A stretch of 64,000 bases of DNA, taken from positions 94,832 to 158,831 of the forward strand of contig RQSC01000630.1 in assembly GCA_013416795.1 (NCBI GenBank), read 5' to 3'. Made by a program: the position numbers and the translations under genes. This DNA comes from Prasinococcaceae sp. CCMP 1430. Its lineage: Eukaryota; Plantae; Prasinodermophyta. Of this stretch, positions 1-12,443 are shown in pieces. A model generated the notes under the pieces. That model saw nothing but the letters and a program-made list of their open reading frames with translations. It was not told the origin of the DNA and searched no databases. The stretch's first letter is position 1. Every line of letters begins with the position of its first letter.

Positions 1-1429
<1,429 letters not shown>

Positions 1430-1447
1430 GCGGCCAGACGCCGCTTC

Positions 1448-1700
1448 GCTCGGCGGCCAGGAGACGCCGCTCGCGGACGCCGTGGCGGCCGCCGGCGAAG
1501 AAGGCCACCACCACACAACAGCAGTCTCGCTGCACGTGCCCGGGCACAAGCGCGCCCGCGCGCCCGACGCGACGACGCCCGCGCACGCCCGCGCGCTGGG
1601 CGCGCGCGCGCTGCGGAACGACACCACCGAGATTCCCGGGCTGGACAACCTGGCGGCGCCCGCGGGCGTGATCGCGCGCGCGCAGGAGCTGGCGGCGGGC
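1448..1700 (+). pseudogene. N-terminal fragment of a class I PLP-dependent Orn/Lys/Arg decarboxylase
   Basis: ETPLADAV...SLHVPGHK...DTTEIPGLDNLAAPAGVIARAQELAA. No ATG or promoter space after the RPC8 stop; homology breaks at about 1700. Confidence 0.75.
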
Positions 1701-1702
1701 GA

Positions 1703-2517
1703 TTCTTGCCAGAATACATTGAGTACCATCGCGCTCTGGGCATAGGTCTATTCGAGTTCTTCGACGTGGACAGCTCAGGCGCGGCAGCGACGCAGTTGGA
1801 GGGGTATGCCCGCAGCGGGGTCGTCCGGTTGCGCGACTGGAGCGCCGTACCTGGAGAGCAGGGCTTTGTGCAGAAGCGACCGCCTGGCATGGCCCCTTGG
1901 AAGGCAACAGATGAGAAGCACGCCATGACTCGTGTAATGCAATGGAGACACATGCAGCACTGGTATCATGGGCATTTATTAACGCATCAGGCCTGCTACT
2001 GGACCCTCCGGCGCCGGGCCAAGTACATCCTCATCAACGACATCGACGAGGTGCTCGCACTGTGGCGAAAGCCTCACACTTTGCAGCAGGTGCTAATGCC
2101 GTGGATGGAGCGGGCTCACAACGAAAGCGGCGGACGCATACGCGGCTTCTCCCTGGAGAACCGCGTCGCACCGCCAAATTTAATCAGTGCAGCGCAGCTG
2201 GGCGGCCAGAGGCCTGCCAACGGAAGCTGCGACGAAGACTGCGAGCTATTGTCCCAGTCGCTGTTGGCGGCGTTGACGCACGAGCAGATTCGCACCACGC
2301 ACAACGTGGGCACCTACCACGATGGCCGATGGAAGTACATGCTGCGCGTCGCGGAAGAGGATAACAGGGCGCACGTACATCCGATATACTTTCACGCCAT
2401 ATATTTCTCCTTCCCGGATGCTATGGCTGACGTTTTGGATCGCGTGATGACATTGGTCCCTACAGACGTCGCATACCTGAGACACCTTGTGCCGTATCCA
2501 CGCCTGGCAAGACCACC
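1703..2517 (+). CDS. Glycosyltransferase family 92/DUF23-like fragment
   Basis: LPEYIEYHRALGI..F.FFD...Y...GVV.L.DW...H.L....CYW..R..AKYILINDIDEVL with DxD motif. Lower GC than the flanks; ends at the N at 2518. Confidence 0.6.
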
Positions 2518-2518
2518 N

Positions 2519-2769
2519 CGCTGCGCGCGGCCTTCTTCGCGCGCGCGGAGCGCGTGCCGTTGGGCGCGGCGGCGGGGCGCACGTGCGCGGAGCTGCTGGC
2601 GCCGTACCCGCCGGGCTCCCCGCTGGTGGCGCCGGGGGAGGTGCTGACGCGCGCGCACCTCGCGGCGCTCAAGGCGTGCGCCGACAGCGCCGGCGGCGCT
2701 GTGGTGGGCGCCGAAGACGCCAGCCTCGAGACGGTCATGGTGGTCGTCGAACGACCCGACGGGGCGTAA
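2519..2769 (+). pseudogene. C-terminal fragment of the Orn/Lys/Arg decarboxylase
   Basis: AFFARAERVPLGAAAGRTCAELLAPYPPGSPLVAPGEVLT...G.EDASLETVMVV* matches the OKR_DC_1_C pattern. Confidence 0.75.
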
Positions 2770-2936
2770 CGTCGTTCGGACGCGGGCTGGAAGACGCCAG
2801 CCTCGAGACGGTCATGGTGGTCGTCGAACGACCCAACGGGGGGTAACGCGGGCTAGAAGACGCTGGCAGCCTCGAGACGGTCATGGTGGTCGTCGAACGA
2901 CCCGACAGGGGGTGTAACGTCGTTTGGACGCGGGCT
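2713..2936 (+). repeat. Three diverged tandem copies (about 66-80 bp) of the decarboxylase 3' end including its stop
   Basis: gaagacgc..cagcctcgagacggtcatggtggtcgtcgaacgaccc repeated at 2713, 2790 and 2856. Confidence 0.9.
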
Positions 2937-2973
2937 CTTACCGGTCGGCCACGGCGCGTTTCCTACCAGTCGA

Positions 2974-4327
2974 TCATGGCGTCTGCGCGCGGAGCGCGCG
3001 CTCGCGATGCACCAGGTTGGTGACCAGCGCGCTCGGCGAGCCCGGCCCGTGTAGCGGCGAGTAGCGCCCGCACGCCGACACGAGGCCCTCAACCTCGGCG
3101 CACACCACGGCGATGGCCGCGCGGACCGCTGCGAGCGTCTCCTCCAGCGGCTGCACGTCCGCGGGCGGGACGTGTATGAAGACCTGCGCGCGCGCGCGCG
3201 TCAGCTCGCGGCGCGCGCGTGCACGCAGGCGGCCACGCTCACACGCCAGGGCGGCCGCGCTCACACGCCGGCGCGCGCAGGCGCGCACGCACCGCCGTCG
3301 AGCGCCCCTTGTCGGCCTGCACGCGGCACGCAAGCAGCGAGGCGTAGTAGAGCCAGCTGCAATCGCTCGGCGCGAGCGCGGCAGGCTCGTGTCAGCGCAA
3401 AATGCCACCGCACAGACACACCAGAGAGCGAGCGAGCGAGCGAGGCGATTGACCACGGACGTACTTGCAGACGTAGCGCCCGGCGTCCTCGCTGACCTCG
3501 GCGCGGATGCCCGCCGCGCGCAGCGCACGCGCGACGCGCGCGAGCTCCAACGGTGTGCGCAGCGCGTGGTGCTTGCCGAAGGACGCCGAGACGGGCTCTG
3601 AGCGCGGCTGGAAGCTGTGCGTGCACGCGCGGGCAGAAAAGTCAGTCGAGTGCGCGCGAGACAGAGCCCTCTCTCCCCCACCCACCCACCCACGCACGCA
3701 CGCACACCCACGCACCCACCCACGCACACGCACACGCACACGCACCCGCTCACGTCTGGCTGATTGAACATGCCCACGTTGGCCGCCACGGCCTCAAGGG
3801 CGATGCCGGGCGTCCTACGCGTCGAGTCCACGCCGAGATGCACCCTGCGCACGAGCGAGCGAGCGAGCGCGCGGGCGCGCGCGCGATCGGTGGTTCGTCA
3901 GCACGGACGCGCGCCTCAGCCCGTTGCGCGCGCTCGCACGCAGAGCCGCGCGCTGAGCCGCGCGCACTCACCACACGTGCGCGGCGTCGGGCTCGCTGAC
4001 GCACGCCTCGCCAACGCTCCGTGTCGCCCACTCCGTGCAGGCGCGCGCGTCGACGTCCAGGACATCGACGCTCGCCAACGCGCAGCAGGCTTCCTCGTCG
4101 GCCGAGGACTGGACGCGCGCATGCGCGCACATCGGGGCGATCCGTGTCAGCGCCGAGCAAGTCGTGCACGCGCGCGCGTGGCTCCACACGCACCCGTGCC
4201 AGTCCGCACGCACCCTTTCGCCCTCCCGCAGCGCCTCGGCGACGGCCTGCGTCGGGTTCGCATCGACGCCGCCGAACGGGCCGAATCCGGTCACATGCGC
4301 GCGCACGCGCGGCGCGGCCGCCGCCAT
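2974..4327 (-). CDS. Pyroglutamyl-peptidase I (peptidase C15), multi-exon
   Basis: HVTGFGPFGGVDANPT, VWVHLGV (spliced), LEAVAAN, SEDAGRYVCKYV (catalytic Cys) and VFIHVP (catalytic His); GC-rich GT-AG introns. Confidence 0.85.
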
Positions 4328-4917
4328 CTCCGCCCCACCCCACCCTCCTCCGAACGCGCACACACGCGCACACACTCCCCCTCCTCGCGATCGATCGCTC
4401 GGCGAGGCGGCGCCGAGAGGCTCGGGGGCGGGGGCGCGCCCTGAGGGAGGCGGGGATCCCGCGCGCGCACGCTCTGTGCCGCCCTCGGCGCGCAATTCTC
4501 CGGGCGCGCTCCGCGAGGGACGAGGGGGCGGACTGTGTGCGCGCAGCACCGCGCAGCCCGCCGGGGGCAGGCTCGGGGCGGCAGCCCGGAGGCCTACCTA
4601 CCAGGGCGGTGTCGCTCGGCCGCGAGGTCGCTCCCGGCCCGGATCGGCGCGGCGGCAGCAGCGCGGAGCAGCGTGCGGTGCGGGGGGAGGCGCAGGCGCG
4701 GCGGCCCGCGCGCGCGGGAACGCGGAAGGGGGGGCCTCACTTCACGTTTACTCTCCGCCTCGCGCGGGGCAGGGGGAGCCGAGGCAACGGCCGGCGGCAG
4801 GACGATACACAGTGTACAACAGCGCCCGCTCCAGGCGATCCTGTGGTGCACCAAGGAGGCGCACGAACAGGCCGCGGCCCCCCCCCCCCCCCCCGCTCGC
4901 CTCTCACCTCTCACCTC

Positions 4918-6399
4918 TCACCTCTCACCCTCGGCGGTGGCGGGCGTCGCGCAATGCGCGGAAGCTCCGGCGAGCGCCTCGGTGCGCGCCCCAACCGTGA
5001 GCACGCCGTGCGCGCAGCGCGCGACCTGGCCTCCCGAAAGAGCGCGCTCCCAGCGGCCCCCTGGCCGCCGTGCGCCAGCGCTGCCGCCGACGCTCGTGAG
5101 CACGCCGCGGCCACCCCGCAGCGCGCCGCGGCCGGCGTCGTCGGGCCGCTCGCCATCCAGCATGAGCATGAGAGCGCGCACCTGCGCGTACGATGGCACG
5201 GCGGGCGCGGTGGCTTGCGCCACGTACGAGTGCAGCGCGTCCAGGCGCGCGAGGTCGCCAGGGAGCAGCTTCCATTCACGCACGTCGAATGACGCCACCT
5301 GCTGCCCAGGCTGCTCTGGCTGCTGCGGTCGCGACCCGCACTCCCCGCTCGACGCGAGCGTCTCGTCGAGCTGCGCCCGCAGCATGATCGACTGCTCGGT
5401 GGCCTCTTCGAGCCGTGCCAACAGAGCGTCCTCGCCGCCACAGAGCTCCTCCAGCAGCGGGACGAGCCGATGCCGCACGGCGTTGCGCCGCGCGTAGGTT
5501 GCGTCGGCATTGGACGGGTCGTCCGCCCACTGCAAGCCGCAGTCGGCCAGCCAGCGCTCCAGCTCGCGCTTGCGCAAGCCAAGCAGCGGGCGCACCACGC
5601 GCCCACGCAGCACGTCCATGCCTCGGATGTTGGCCAGAGACACGCCACGCGTGAGCTTGAGCAGCACTGTCTCGACGTTGTCGTCGAGGTGGTGGCCGGT
5701 AGCTATGAGCGCCAGGCCGTGCTCGTCGGCGAGCCGCTCGGCCTCGGCATAACGCCATGCGCGCGCGGCTGCCTGACTGTACGCCGGCTGCCCGCCCCCG
5801 GGCTCGCGAGGGGAGCCATCCTCCGCGTCGCCGCTGCCGTCTGCGTGGCCCCAACGTATGACGTCGCACGGCACGCGCAGCGCAGCGCAGTGCTCTTGCA
5901 CGAGCGTCTCATCGCCCGCGGACGCACGCTCCCCCCGCTGGCGGTGGTCGAAGTGCACCGCGCGCAGCTCGAAGGCGGCGGCGGCCGCGCCGCCGCCGCA
6001 GTCGCGCAGAGCACCCAGCGCGTGCAGCATCGCAATGGAGTCGGCGCCGCCGCTCACACACGCGAGCACGCCGCGAGCGGCGGCAGATTCAACTGCACTA
6101 GCCTTTAGCACCGCCCCTACATGTCCGGGTACGTCCAGGCCATCGCCAGCGTCACCGCGAGCCCGGACGCTCCGCTGGGTGCCGCGCGCTCGCCGCCGCC
6201 GCACCGCGCCGCCGGCAGCGGAACCCTCGCCCGCTCCGTGCGGCGCTGGGCGCGGCGGCGCGCGCAAAGGGCCACGCCGCGTGGGCGCGCTCCAGGTGCG
6301 CGCCCCGCCGCCACCAGCTCCACCAGGGCACCAGCTGTGGCGGTGGCGGGCCGCACTCGCTCTCGCTCGCGCCGCCGCCACCGGGCATGCAGGCGTCAT
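4918..6399 (-). CDS. tilS: tRNA(Ile)-lysidine synthase with an N-terminal organelle-targeting-like extension
   Basis: VSGGADS PP-loop, VHFDH, ATGHHLDDNVETVLLKL.RG, RPLL, DDPSN, RNAVR; likely ATG at 6399. Confidence 0.9.
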   Translation of the reverse strand: MTPACPVAAARARASAARHRHSWCPGGAGGGGARTWSAPTRRGPLRAPPRPAPHGAGEGSAAGGAVRRRRARGTQRSVRARGDAGDGLDVPGHVGAVLKASAVESAAARGVLACVSGGADSIAMLHALGALRDCGGGAAAAAFELRAVHFDHRQRGERASAGDETLVQEHCAALRVPCDVIRWGHADGSGDAEDGSPREPGGGQPAYSQAAARAWRYAEAERLADEHGLALIATGHHLDDNVETVLLKLTRGVSLANIRGMDVLRGRVVRPLLGLRKRELERWLADCGLQWADDPSNADATYARRNAVRHRLVPLLEELCGGEDALLARLEEATEQSIMLRAQLDETLASSGECGSRPQQPEQPGQQVASFDVREWKLLPGDLARLDALHSYVAQATAPAVPSYAQVRALMLMLDGERPDDAGRGALRGGRGVLTSVGGSAGARRPGGRWERALSGGQVARCAHGVLTVGARTEALAGASAHCATPATAEGER

Positions 6400-7526
6400 G
6401 GGGCATTGGCGGCGACGTGTACTCGCATGGGGTGGAAGCTCACCACGCGCTTGGTGACGGCGCGCCCCTAAGCCGGCGCTACCGGCTGTCCGCGTACGGC
6501 GTTGGCGACAGGGCCCCGGCGCCCCTGGCGCGACCCGGGACCCCCGCGGGCGGCGCCAGGGACACGTTCGCGCCGGGCGCGCTCTTCTGGTTGGCCTTCC
6601 ACGCACTCGTGATCTGCTGCGTGGCCGTCGACCTGCTGTACGTCGGCCGGGCGCGCGTGGGCGCCGGTGGGGGCGCAGCGGGGACGGCGGCAGCTGCGGC
6701 GCGACTGGCGGCGGCGTGGAGCGCCGTCTGCGTCTGCGTGTCGCTTGCGGTGGCCGCGTACGTCTTCTGGGCGGGCGGTGCGGCACCGGCCGCCGAGTTC
6801 CTCTGCGGCTACGTGGTGGAGCTCACGCTCTCCTGCGACAATCTGTTCGTCATTATGCTCTCCTTCAAGACCTTTGCCATCAAATCGAGCCTGCAGAGGA
6901 GAGTACTCAACGTGGGCATCTGCTCTGCCATGGTCATGCGGGCGGCGTTCATCTTCGCAGGTGGCACGCTGGTCGCGAGGTTCTCGTGGGTGTTGGACCT
7001 CTTCGGCGTGCTGCTGGTCTATGCGGCGGCCAAGCTCGTGTTGTCGGACGACGACGAGGAGGAGGAAAACGCGACGGCGGGGCACGCTGTGCGCCTGCTG
7101 AAGCGAGTCGTCCCGGTGACAACGCGCTTCGAGAAGGACGCGTTCTTCACGCGCGAGAAGGGCAAGCTGGTGGGCACGCCGCTGCTGGTGGCGCTCGTGG
7201 CGGTCGAGGCGTGCGATGTCGTCTTCGCCCTCGACAGCATCCCAGCCATCTTCTCCATCACGCAGTCCGCAGCTGTGGTGTACACTAGCAATATCTGCGC
7301 CATCATCGGCCTGAGGTCGCTCTTCATGCTTCTCTCCACGGCGCTGCAGCAGTTCGCCTACCTGAAGTATGGGCTGGCCGCCGTCCTCGGCTTCATGGGC
7401 GCCAAGATTCTTTTGGCGCACTGGTTCCACGTACCTGTGGCGGCCTCGCTCGGAGTGGTCGCCGCCATCCTGTTGGCCACGTTCGCGGCAGGCGGCAAGG
7501 GGCGACCAACGTGTTTGCCAACGTGA
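6387..7526 (+). CDS. TerC/Alx family membrane protein
   Basis: EFLCGYVVELTLSCDNLFV, QRRVL..GI..A.VMR, VEACDVVFALDSIPAIFSIT, VYTSNICAIIGLRSLF, LKYGLA.VL.F.G.K. Confidence 0.9.
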   Translation: MQASWGIGGDVYSHGVEAHHALGDGAPLSRRYRLSAYGVGDRAPAPLARPGTPAGGARDTFAPGALFWLAFHALVICCVAVDLLYVGRARVGAGGGAAGTAAAAARLAAAWSAVCVCVSLAVAAYVFWAGGAAPAAEFLCGYVVELTLSCDNLFVIMLSFKTFAIKSSLQRRVLNVGICSAMVMRAAFIFAGGTLVARFSWVLDLFGVLLVYAAAKLVLSDDDEEEENATAGHAVRLLKRVVPVTTRFEKDAFFTREKGKLVGTPLLVALVAVEACDVVFALDSIPAIFSITQSAAVVYTSNICAIIGLRSLFMLLSTALQQFAYLKYGLAAVLGFMGAKILLAHWFHVPVAASLGVVAAILLATFAAGGKGRPTCLPT

Positions 7527-7930
7527 CCAGTAGTACTCTAGCTGTGTGGGTAGTAATATAGAATCGCCATTATAGTTCAGCCGCGTGAAGGCGCCGCGAC
7601 TGCACAATGGCCGAGTCTCCTGGGGCAGACTCCTCTCCCGAGCCCATGTCACGCACGCGGCTCGTGCTCGTGATAATCTCTGTAAGTTGGACGCGCGTGC
7701 GCGCGCGCCCGTGCGGAGCATCTCGGTCTGATTTCGTCCCTGTCTCTGTGCGCGCGAGGGGCGACACTCGGTTCCGCGCGTCTCATTAGTGCCGGGTGGC
7801 GTGCGTGGGCGCGTCTGCGTGCTGAGCGCTCGGCGAGGCCCCGTGGATGGTGGTGATGAGATCTCACGCTGGGCCGGGCCGAGCGCGTTGCGAAGGGCGA
7901 TATCGCACGCGACCTCGAGTCCTTTGACCC

Positions 7931-9022
7931 TCATGCGGCGACCTGCACGCCGCACAGCTGCTGCGCGGGGCCGCCCGTTGCGGCGCAGTCGGCAGCGGCA
8001 GGCTGCTTGACGACGGACGGCCGCGGCTGGTTGACGGCGCGCATGAGCAGGCGCGCGCGGTCGACCGGCAACAAGTCTTCCCAGCTCGCGGTGGGCCGCA
8101 GAGGCTGCGGCGTCGAGGGCGCGAGCACGTTGTGCTCGGTGCCTCGTGAGCCGGCGCGCAGCGCTGCCGCCGACAGCGCACCGCACCCGCGCCTGGCCGC
8201 GCCATCCTCTCGCGGCAGCGCTGCCGACGAGCGGCGGCGCTTGGTGGTGCCGCTGGAGGAGCGCGCGCCCTTCGGCACGTGCGGCAGGCTGGATGCCCCC
8301 GAGGCAGCGGCGGGGGTGGCCTGGCTGCTGCGGCGCGCCTTCTTGGCGGGCGGAGCGGGCGCTGCCCCGCCTCGCAGGCAGTCGGCGCATCGCGCAGCGC
8401 CGGCGGGCGCGCCCGCCGGCTTTGCATGTTGGTAGCACGCGGCGTGGAGCCAGCGCGCACACCCCGTGCACTGCGACCACGGGTCGTCGTGGTCGTCAGC
8501 GGGCGCCTCGCCGTCGTAGGTCACCTGGCAATACGGGCAGCACTTGCCGCGCTTCACGCGGATTCCGCACGCGTTGCATAGAGCGACGAGCTCCCCGCGC
8601 TGCATGCCCTTGCGCCACATCGGCGTGGACGTGGTGCCGCACGACGCGCACCTGTCGTGCGGTGTGTGTGTGTGTGTGTGTGTGGAAGGTGTTAGTGCTA
8701 GCGTTCGCCGCCGGGGCGGGCCAGGTGCGAGCGCGGCCAACGGGGCGGCGATTGCGCGCGACGATCACGCCCTGCACGCCCCCCCTCGCCTCCCCCCACC
8801 CCACCCCCACCCCCACCCAACTCGCCTCCTCCGCGCACCGGTGCCGCCGCGCCCGCGCTCCGATCGCTCCGGACCGCGCCGATCGGCGCGCGGCGGCTCG
8901 TAACCTAACCAACTGCTGCCGCTGCCGCCGCCGCCGCCCCCGCGCACGTACATCTTGCCACCGTGCCGCCGCGGCGCACCGCCGCCGCCGAGAGCCATCG
9001 GCACGCCCTGACCCTTGCCCAT
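7931..9022 (-). CDS. GATA zinc-finger (C-x2-C-x20-C-x2-C) plus PHD-finger protein; first exon uncertain
   Basis: CASCGTTSTPMWRK...LCNACGIR directly followed by CPYC...WSQCTGCARWLHAAC...CADC. Confidence 0.75.
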
Positions 9023-10059
9023 CGCGTCAGCCGCACCCTCTTCCCCCCTAACCTACTAGCCTACCCCCCCNCCTTCCCGCGCGCATCCGCGCCGGCGCCC
9101 GGCCGCGGCAACGGACGGAGCGCCCCGCTTTTCGCCCGCCTCCTTCCGTAAAAAGGTCGCGCCACGCAGCACACGCCGCCGCAGCACACGCGCGCGGCGG
9201 CGGCGGCGCGCGGCACCAACCAATGACATACTCAACATAGCAAAGAGCAGGCATCGTCGCATATTCCGACCCGACGCGCTCCCGCTTTTCCATCAAATTT
9301 CCGCTCACATTTTTTCACTCGCTCGCGCGTCGGTCCGTCAGAACTTCAGTCGTTCGCGGGGTCCGGGGCCGGCCGCGGCCGCGCGCGCGCGCGCGCGCAG
9401 CCGCGGCTTCCGCCAATCCCAATCCAACGGACGGCCGCGCGAAAAGGAGTGAGTGCGATGGAAAATATCTGCCCAAAACGCGATCGCGCGGAATCGGCGG
9501 GGCGCGCCGCGCGCTGCACGGTTACGATCCGGCCTGCGCGCCGTTGGCCCGGCGGGGATCCGGAATCCGGATCCGCCGCGCGGCGGAGCCGGAGCTGGCC
9601 GGAGCCGATTGACTGAATGACTGAATGACCGCCTGACTGAGTGCTGAGTGAGTGCATGCTGAGTGAGTGAGGTACGGAGACCGAGAAAGCAGGTACAACA
9701 GCACGGACGTAGGGGGAGGGGAGGTGGCAGGGAGGTTGAGGTTTACAGTACAGTAGTACTGTAAATCCTACTGTACATTTAGGGATTTAGGTTGGTGGAG
9801 GGTTTGGTGGAGGCCTGGTGGTGCGGTACGTACGTAGTGCGGGGCGGCTTCGACGCTGCCAACGGGAGACTCACGTGGGGGCGCCGGAGCGGCGGCCCCG
9901 CGCGCGCGCGGGACGGCGGCGGATATTCTAATGTACCGCCGGCGTTCCGCGGCGCGCTCCTCCCTTTGTTCGCGCGCGCCGGCCGCGCCCGCGGGGCGGG
10001 GCGCTTTTCAGCCCCTCGGGGCGCTTTTCAGCGCGCGGGGACGGCAGGCGCAAGGCGCG

Positions 10060-11547
10060 ATGGCCGACCCGGGGCGCAAGGAGCGCAAGCTGGTGCGAGA
10101 GATTCCCGTGGTGATGGGGTTGACAAGCGGGGACGGTGGGACCCTGCTGCAGTACCCGCTGCGGCCGAGGGACCGCCCGTACGAGCGGGCGGCGGGGTTG
10201 CGCACCAAGCGCGGCACGGGTCGCCTGGAGGCGGCGCTGGAGCCCAAAATCGCTGCCGACTGGAAGCAGTACGACAAGGACGCCTCGATCCCGTCGAGCA
10301 GGGTGCTGCGCTCGTCGCCCGTGGACCTCAAGGCGCAGTACGCCGTGGGGTACGAGCACGGCGGCGTCTACTACCTGCTGCCAGTCGCGTCGGCCAAGGC
10401 GATGCGCCCGACGCCCGTGCATCCGTCGCACGAGCTGGCCAAGCTGGCCGGTGCGACCGCGTCGGGAAGCGCCGCGGCCGGCGCGTCCGAGTCCAAGCAC
10501 GACGTCAAGACCGAGGAGGTGGCGCTCTCGATTCAGGTGCGCCGGCGCGAAACCGAGAAGCAAACCGAGGCGCGCGTCAACTCGCACTCCTACCTGCGCG
10601 AGCTCGAGGCCAAGGAGGAGTGGGTCGAGCTCGAAGTCGCCGACGCGCCCGAGGCTGAGTCGCTGGCTGCCAGGAGCGAAGTCGAGAGGGGCGCGACGTA
10701 TGATGATTGCCAGAGCAAGGAGGAGTACATGGAGCGGCTGGTGGCGGGCGCCGGTGGGCCGCCTGAGTCGAGCGGCGCGGGCGGGAGCGGCGGGGGCAGC
10801 GTGGGCGAGGCGTCCGGACCACACACGGCGGGGCTCGCGCCTGGCGCCAATGCCACGCTCAGCAGGCGGCTGCTGGCGGGGCTCGACCTGGAGACGCGCG
10901 TGCGCGCCATCTTTGCGCACGCGCGCCTGCAGGTGTTTCACTTCCGCCGGCTGCAGCGGCTCGTTCCGCCCGAGACCGACGCGGCCGAGCTGCTGAGCGT
11001 GCTGAAGGATGTGGCTGTGCTGGTGCAGGGGTGCTGGGTCGGAAACAAAGAGACGCGCATGATGCACGAGCTGCGCTCGTATGGGGACGAGGCGCCCCCC
11101 GGCGAGTATGACAAGGCGGAGGCGCGCGTGGCCATTCGACACTACGCGCTGCTGCAGTTCGCACGCAGGCCCACCGTTTCAATCACGACCCTCCAGTCGG
11201 ACGGCATATCCGTCAAAGCTTGGAGGCCGGCGGTGGTGGGGCTGGCGGAGGGCGCGGACGGGATGAGTTGGAAATTTGTCAGCGAGGTGCGCGCGCGCGC
11301 CGCACTTGCGTGCATTCGCTCAGCCGCCCGCGCCGACGATCGACCGATGTGAGCGCGCGCACTCGCGCCCGCTCGGCGCGACGACTGACATCGCCGCGTG
11401 CTCGCGCGCTGCGCCTCTCACCCGCAGCCCGACACCGCCTTCAAGAGCGAACACAGCGACGTTGTCAGGAAGCAGGCGAACCAGTGGGAGAACGACGCGA
11501 ACGACACCGTGCGCCAGGCGCGGGCTGCGCAGCACCTCTTCTCTTGA
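10060..11547 (+). CDS. RPC5: RNA polymerase III subunit RPC5 (Sin-like), intron 11287-11427
   Basis: LVREIPV...LLQYPLRP, YAVG...YLLPV....MRP, VAVLVQGCWV; the terminal exon PDTAFKSEHSDVVRKQANQW* restores the C-terminus. Confidence 0.8.
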
Positions 11548-11715
11548 GCCCTGCGCCCTCGGAGGGGAGCGTGAAGCGTGGCGCGCCGGGAGCAGCGAAT
11601 ATGAGCGTCTTCTGTCTCGCGCGACAGTACGGGCGCACGCTGCCCCGCAGGCATGCCGCCCGGATTATTAATAGTACTAAACTCGCTGGCGCACTATGTC
11701 TGCCCGCGCTACGCG

Positions 11716-12443
11716 TCACTTAGGTGGCTGCATGCCCTGATATACTCTGTTGAATACCACGTTGGCATCGCGGTCGACGATGGCAAGCACGCACCCAGGG
11801 TATGTGGCGTCATCCTGCCCTTTGGGCCCGCCGTTGGGCATGCGAGCGACGCGCGCCTCGCCCTTGGCGCACGCTTCGACGTTCCTCGAGTTGACCTCGC
11901 ACGCTGCGATCATGTCGCGCATCGTCATCGATGCAGTGGAGAGCGCGGGCATGATTGTGGTGGTCACGTCCCTCGTGCCCGCCTTGGAGGGCTTCACTGG
12001 GCGAGCGGGCTGGAGGGGAGCGCCAGTGGCGGCCGCGCGCTTGATCGCCTCCTGCTGGATCGCTAGCTCCTTGGGCACGCCCGTGCACTGGATTGTGTGC
12101 TGCGGGCAGCACAGGCGAGCAGGGGTCAGCGCATTGCAACGCATGCCGCAGCGGATCGCACAGTGCCTGCCGCGCTTGCCTGCCTCACCATTTGGGCCTC
12201 CTCTTCGTACACGTGCTCAGCCGCTCCCCACCTCTCCCTCAGCAGCGGATGACACAGCACTGTGTGCGCTGCGGCGGGGTCGGAGTGCGCCGTTGCCGAC
12301 GCTGCTGCCCCGCTGCGCGTCGACACGAAGTCGGCGAGCGACATCCGATGATACTCGGGCCCCACGGGAACGCTCTGCGGCGCGTCCGCCTCGGCGCCCG
12401 CCTCCCCGCTGGCGCCCGCCACTCCCGTGCCGCCCTCGACCAT
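11716..12443 (-). CDS. tRNA-splicing endonuclease subunit Sen15-like, intron 12100-12188
   Basis: In-frame splice (ATG|GTGAG...CAG|CAC). C-terminal CVLAIVDRDANVVFNRVYQGMQPP resembles Sen15 LAIV..D.T.VYY.V..G...P. Confidence 0.55.

Noticed and set aside
2713-2936. CRISPR-like array
   Set aside because: Eukaryotic context, no unique spacers, and the repeats are copies of a coding 3' end.
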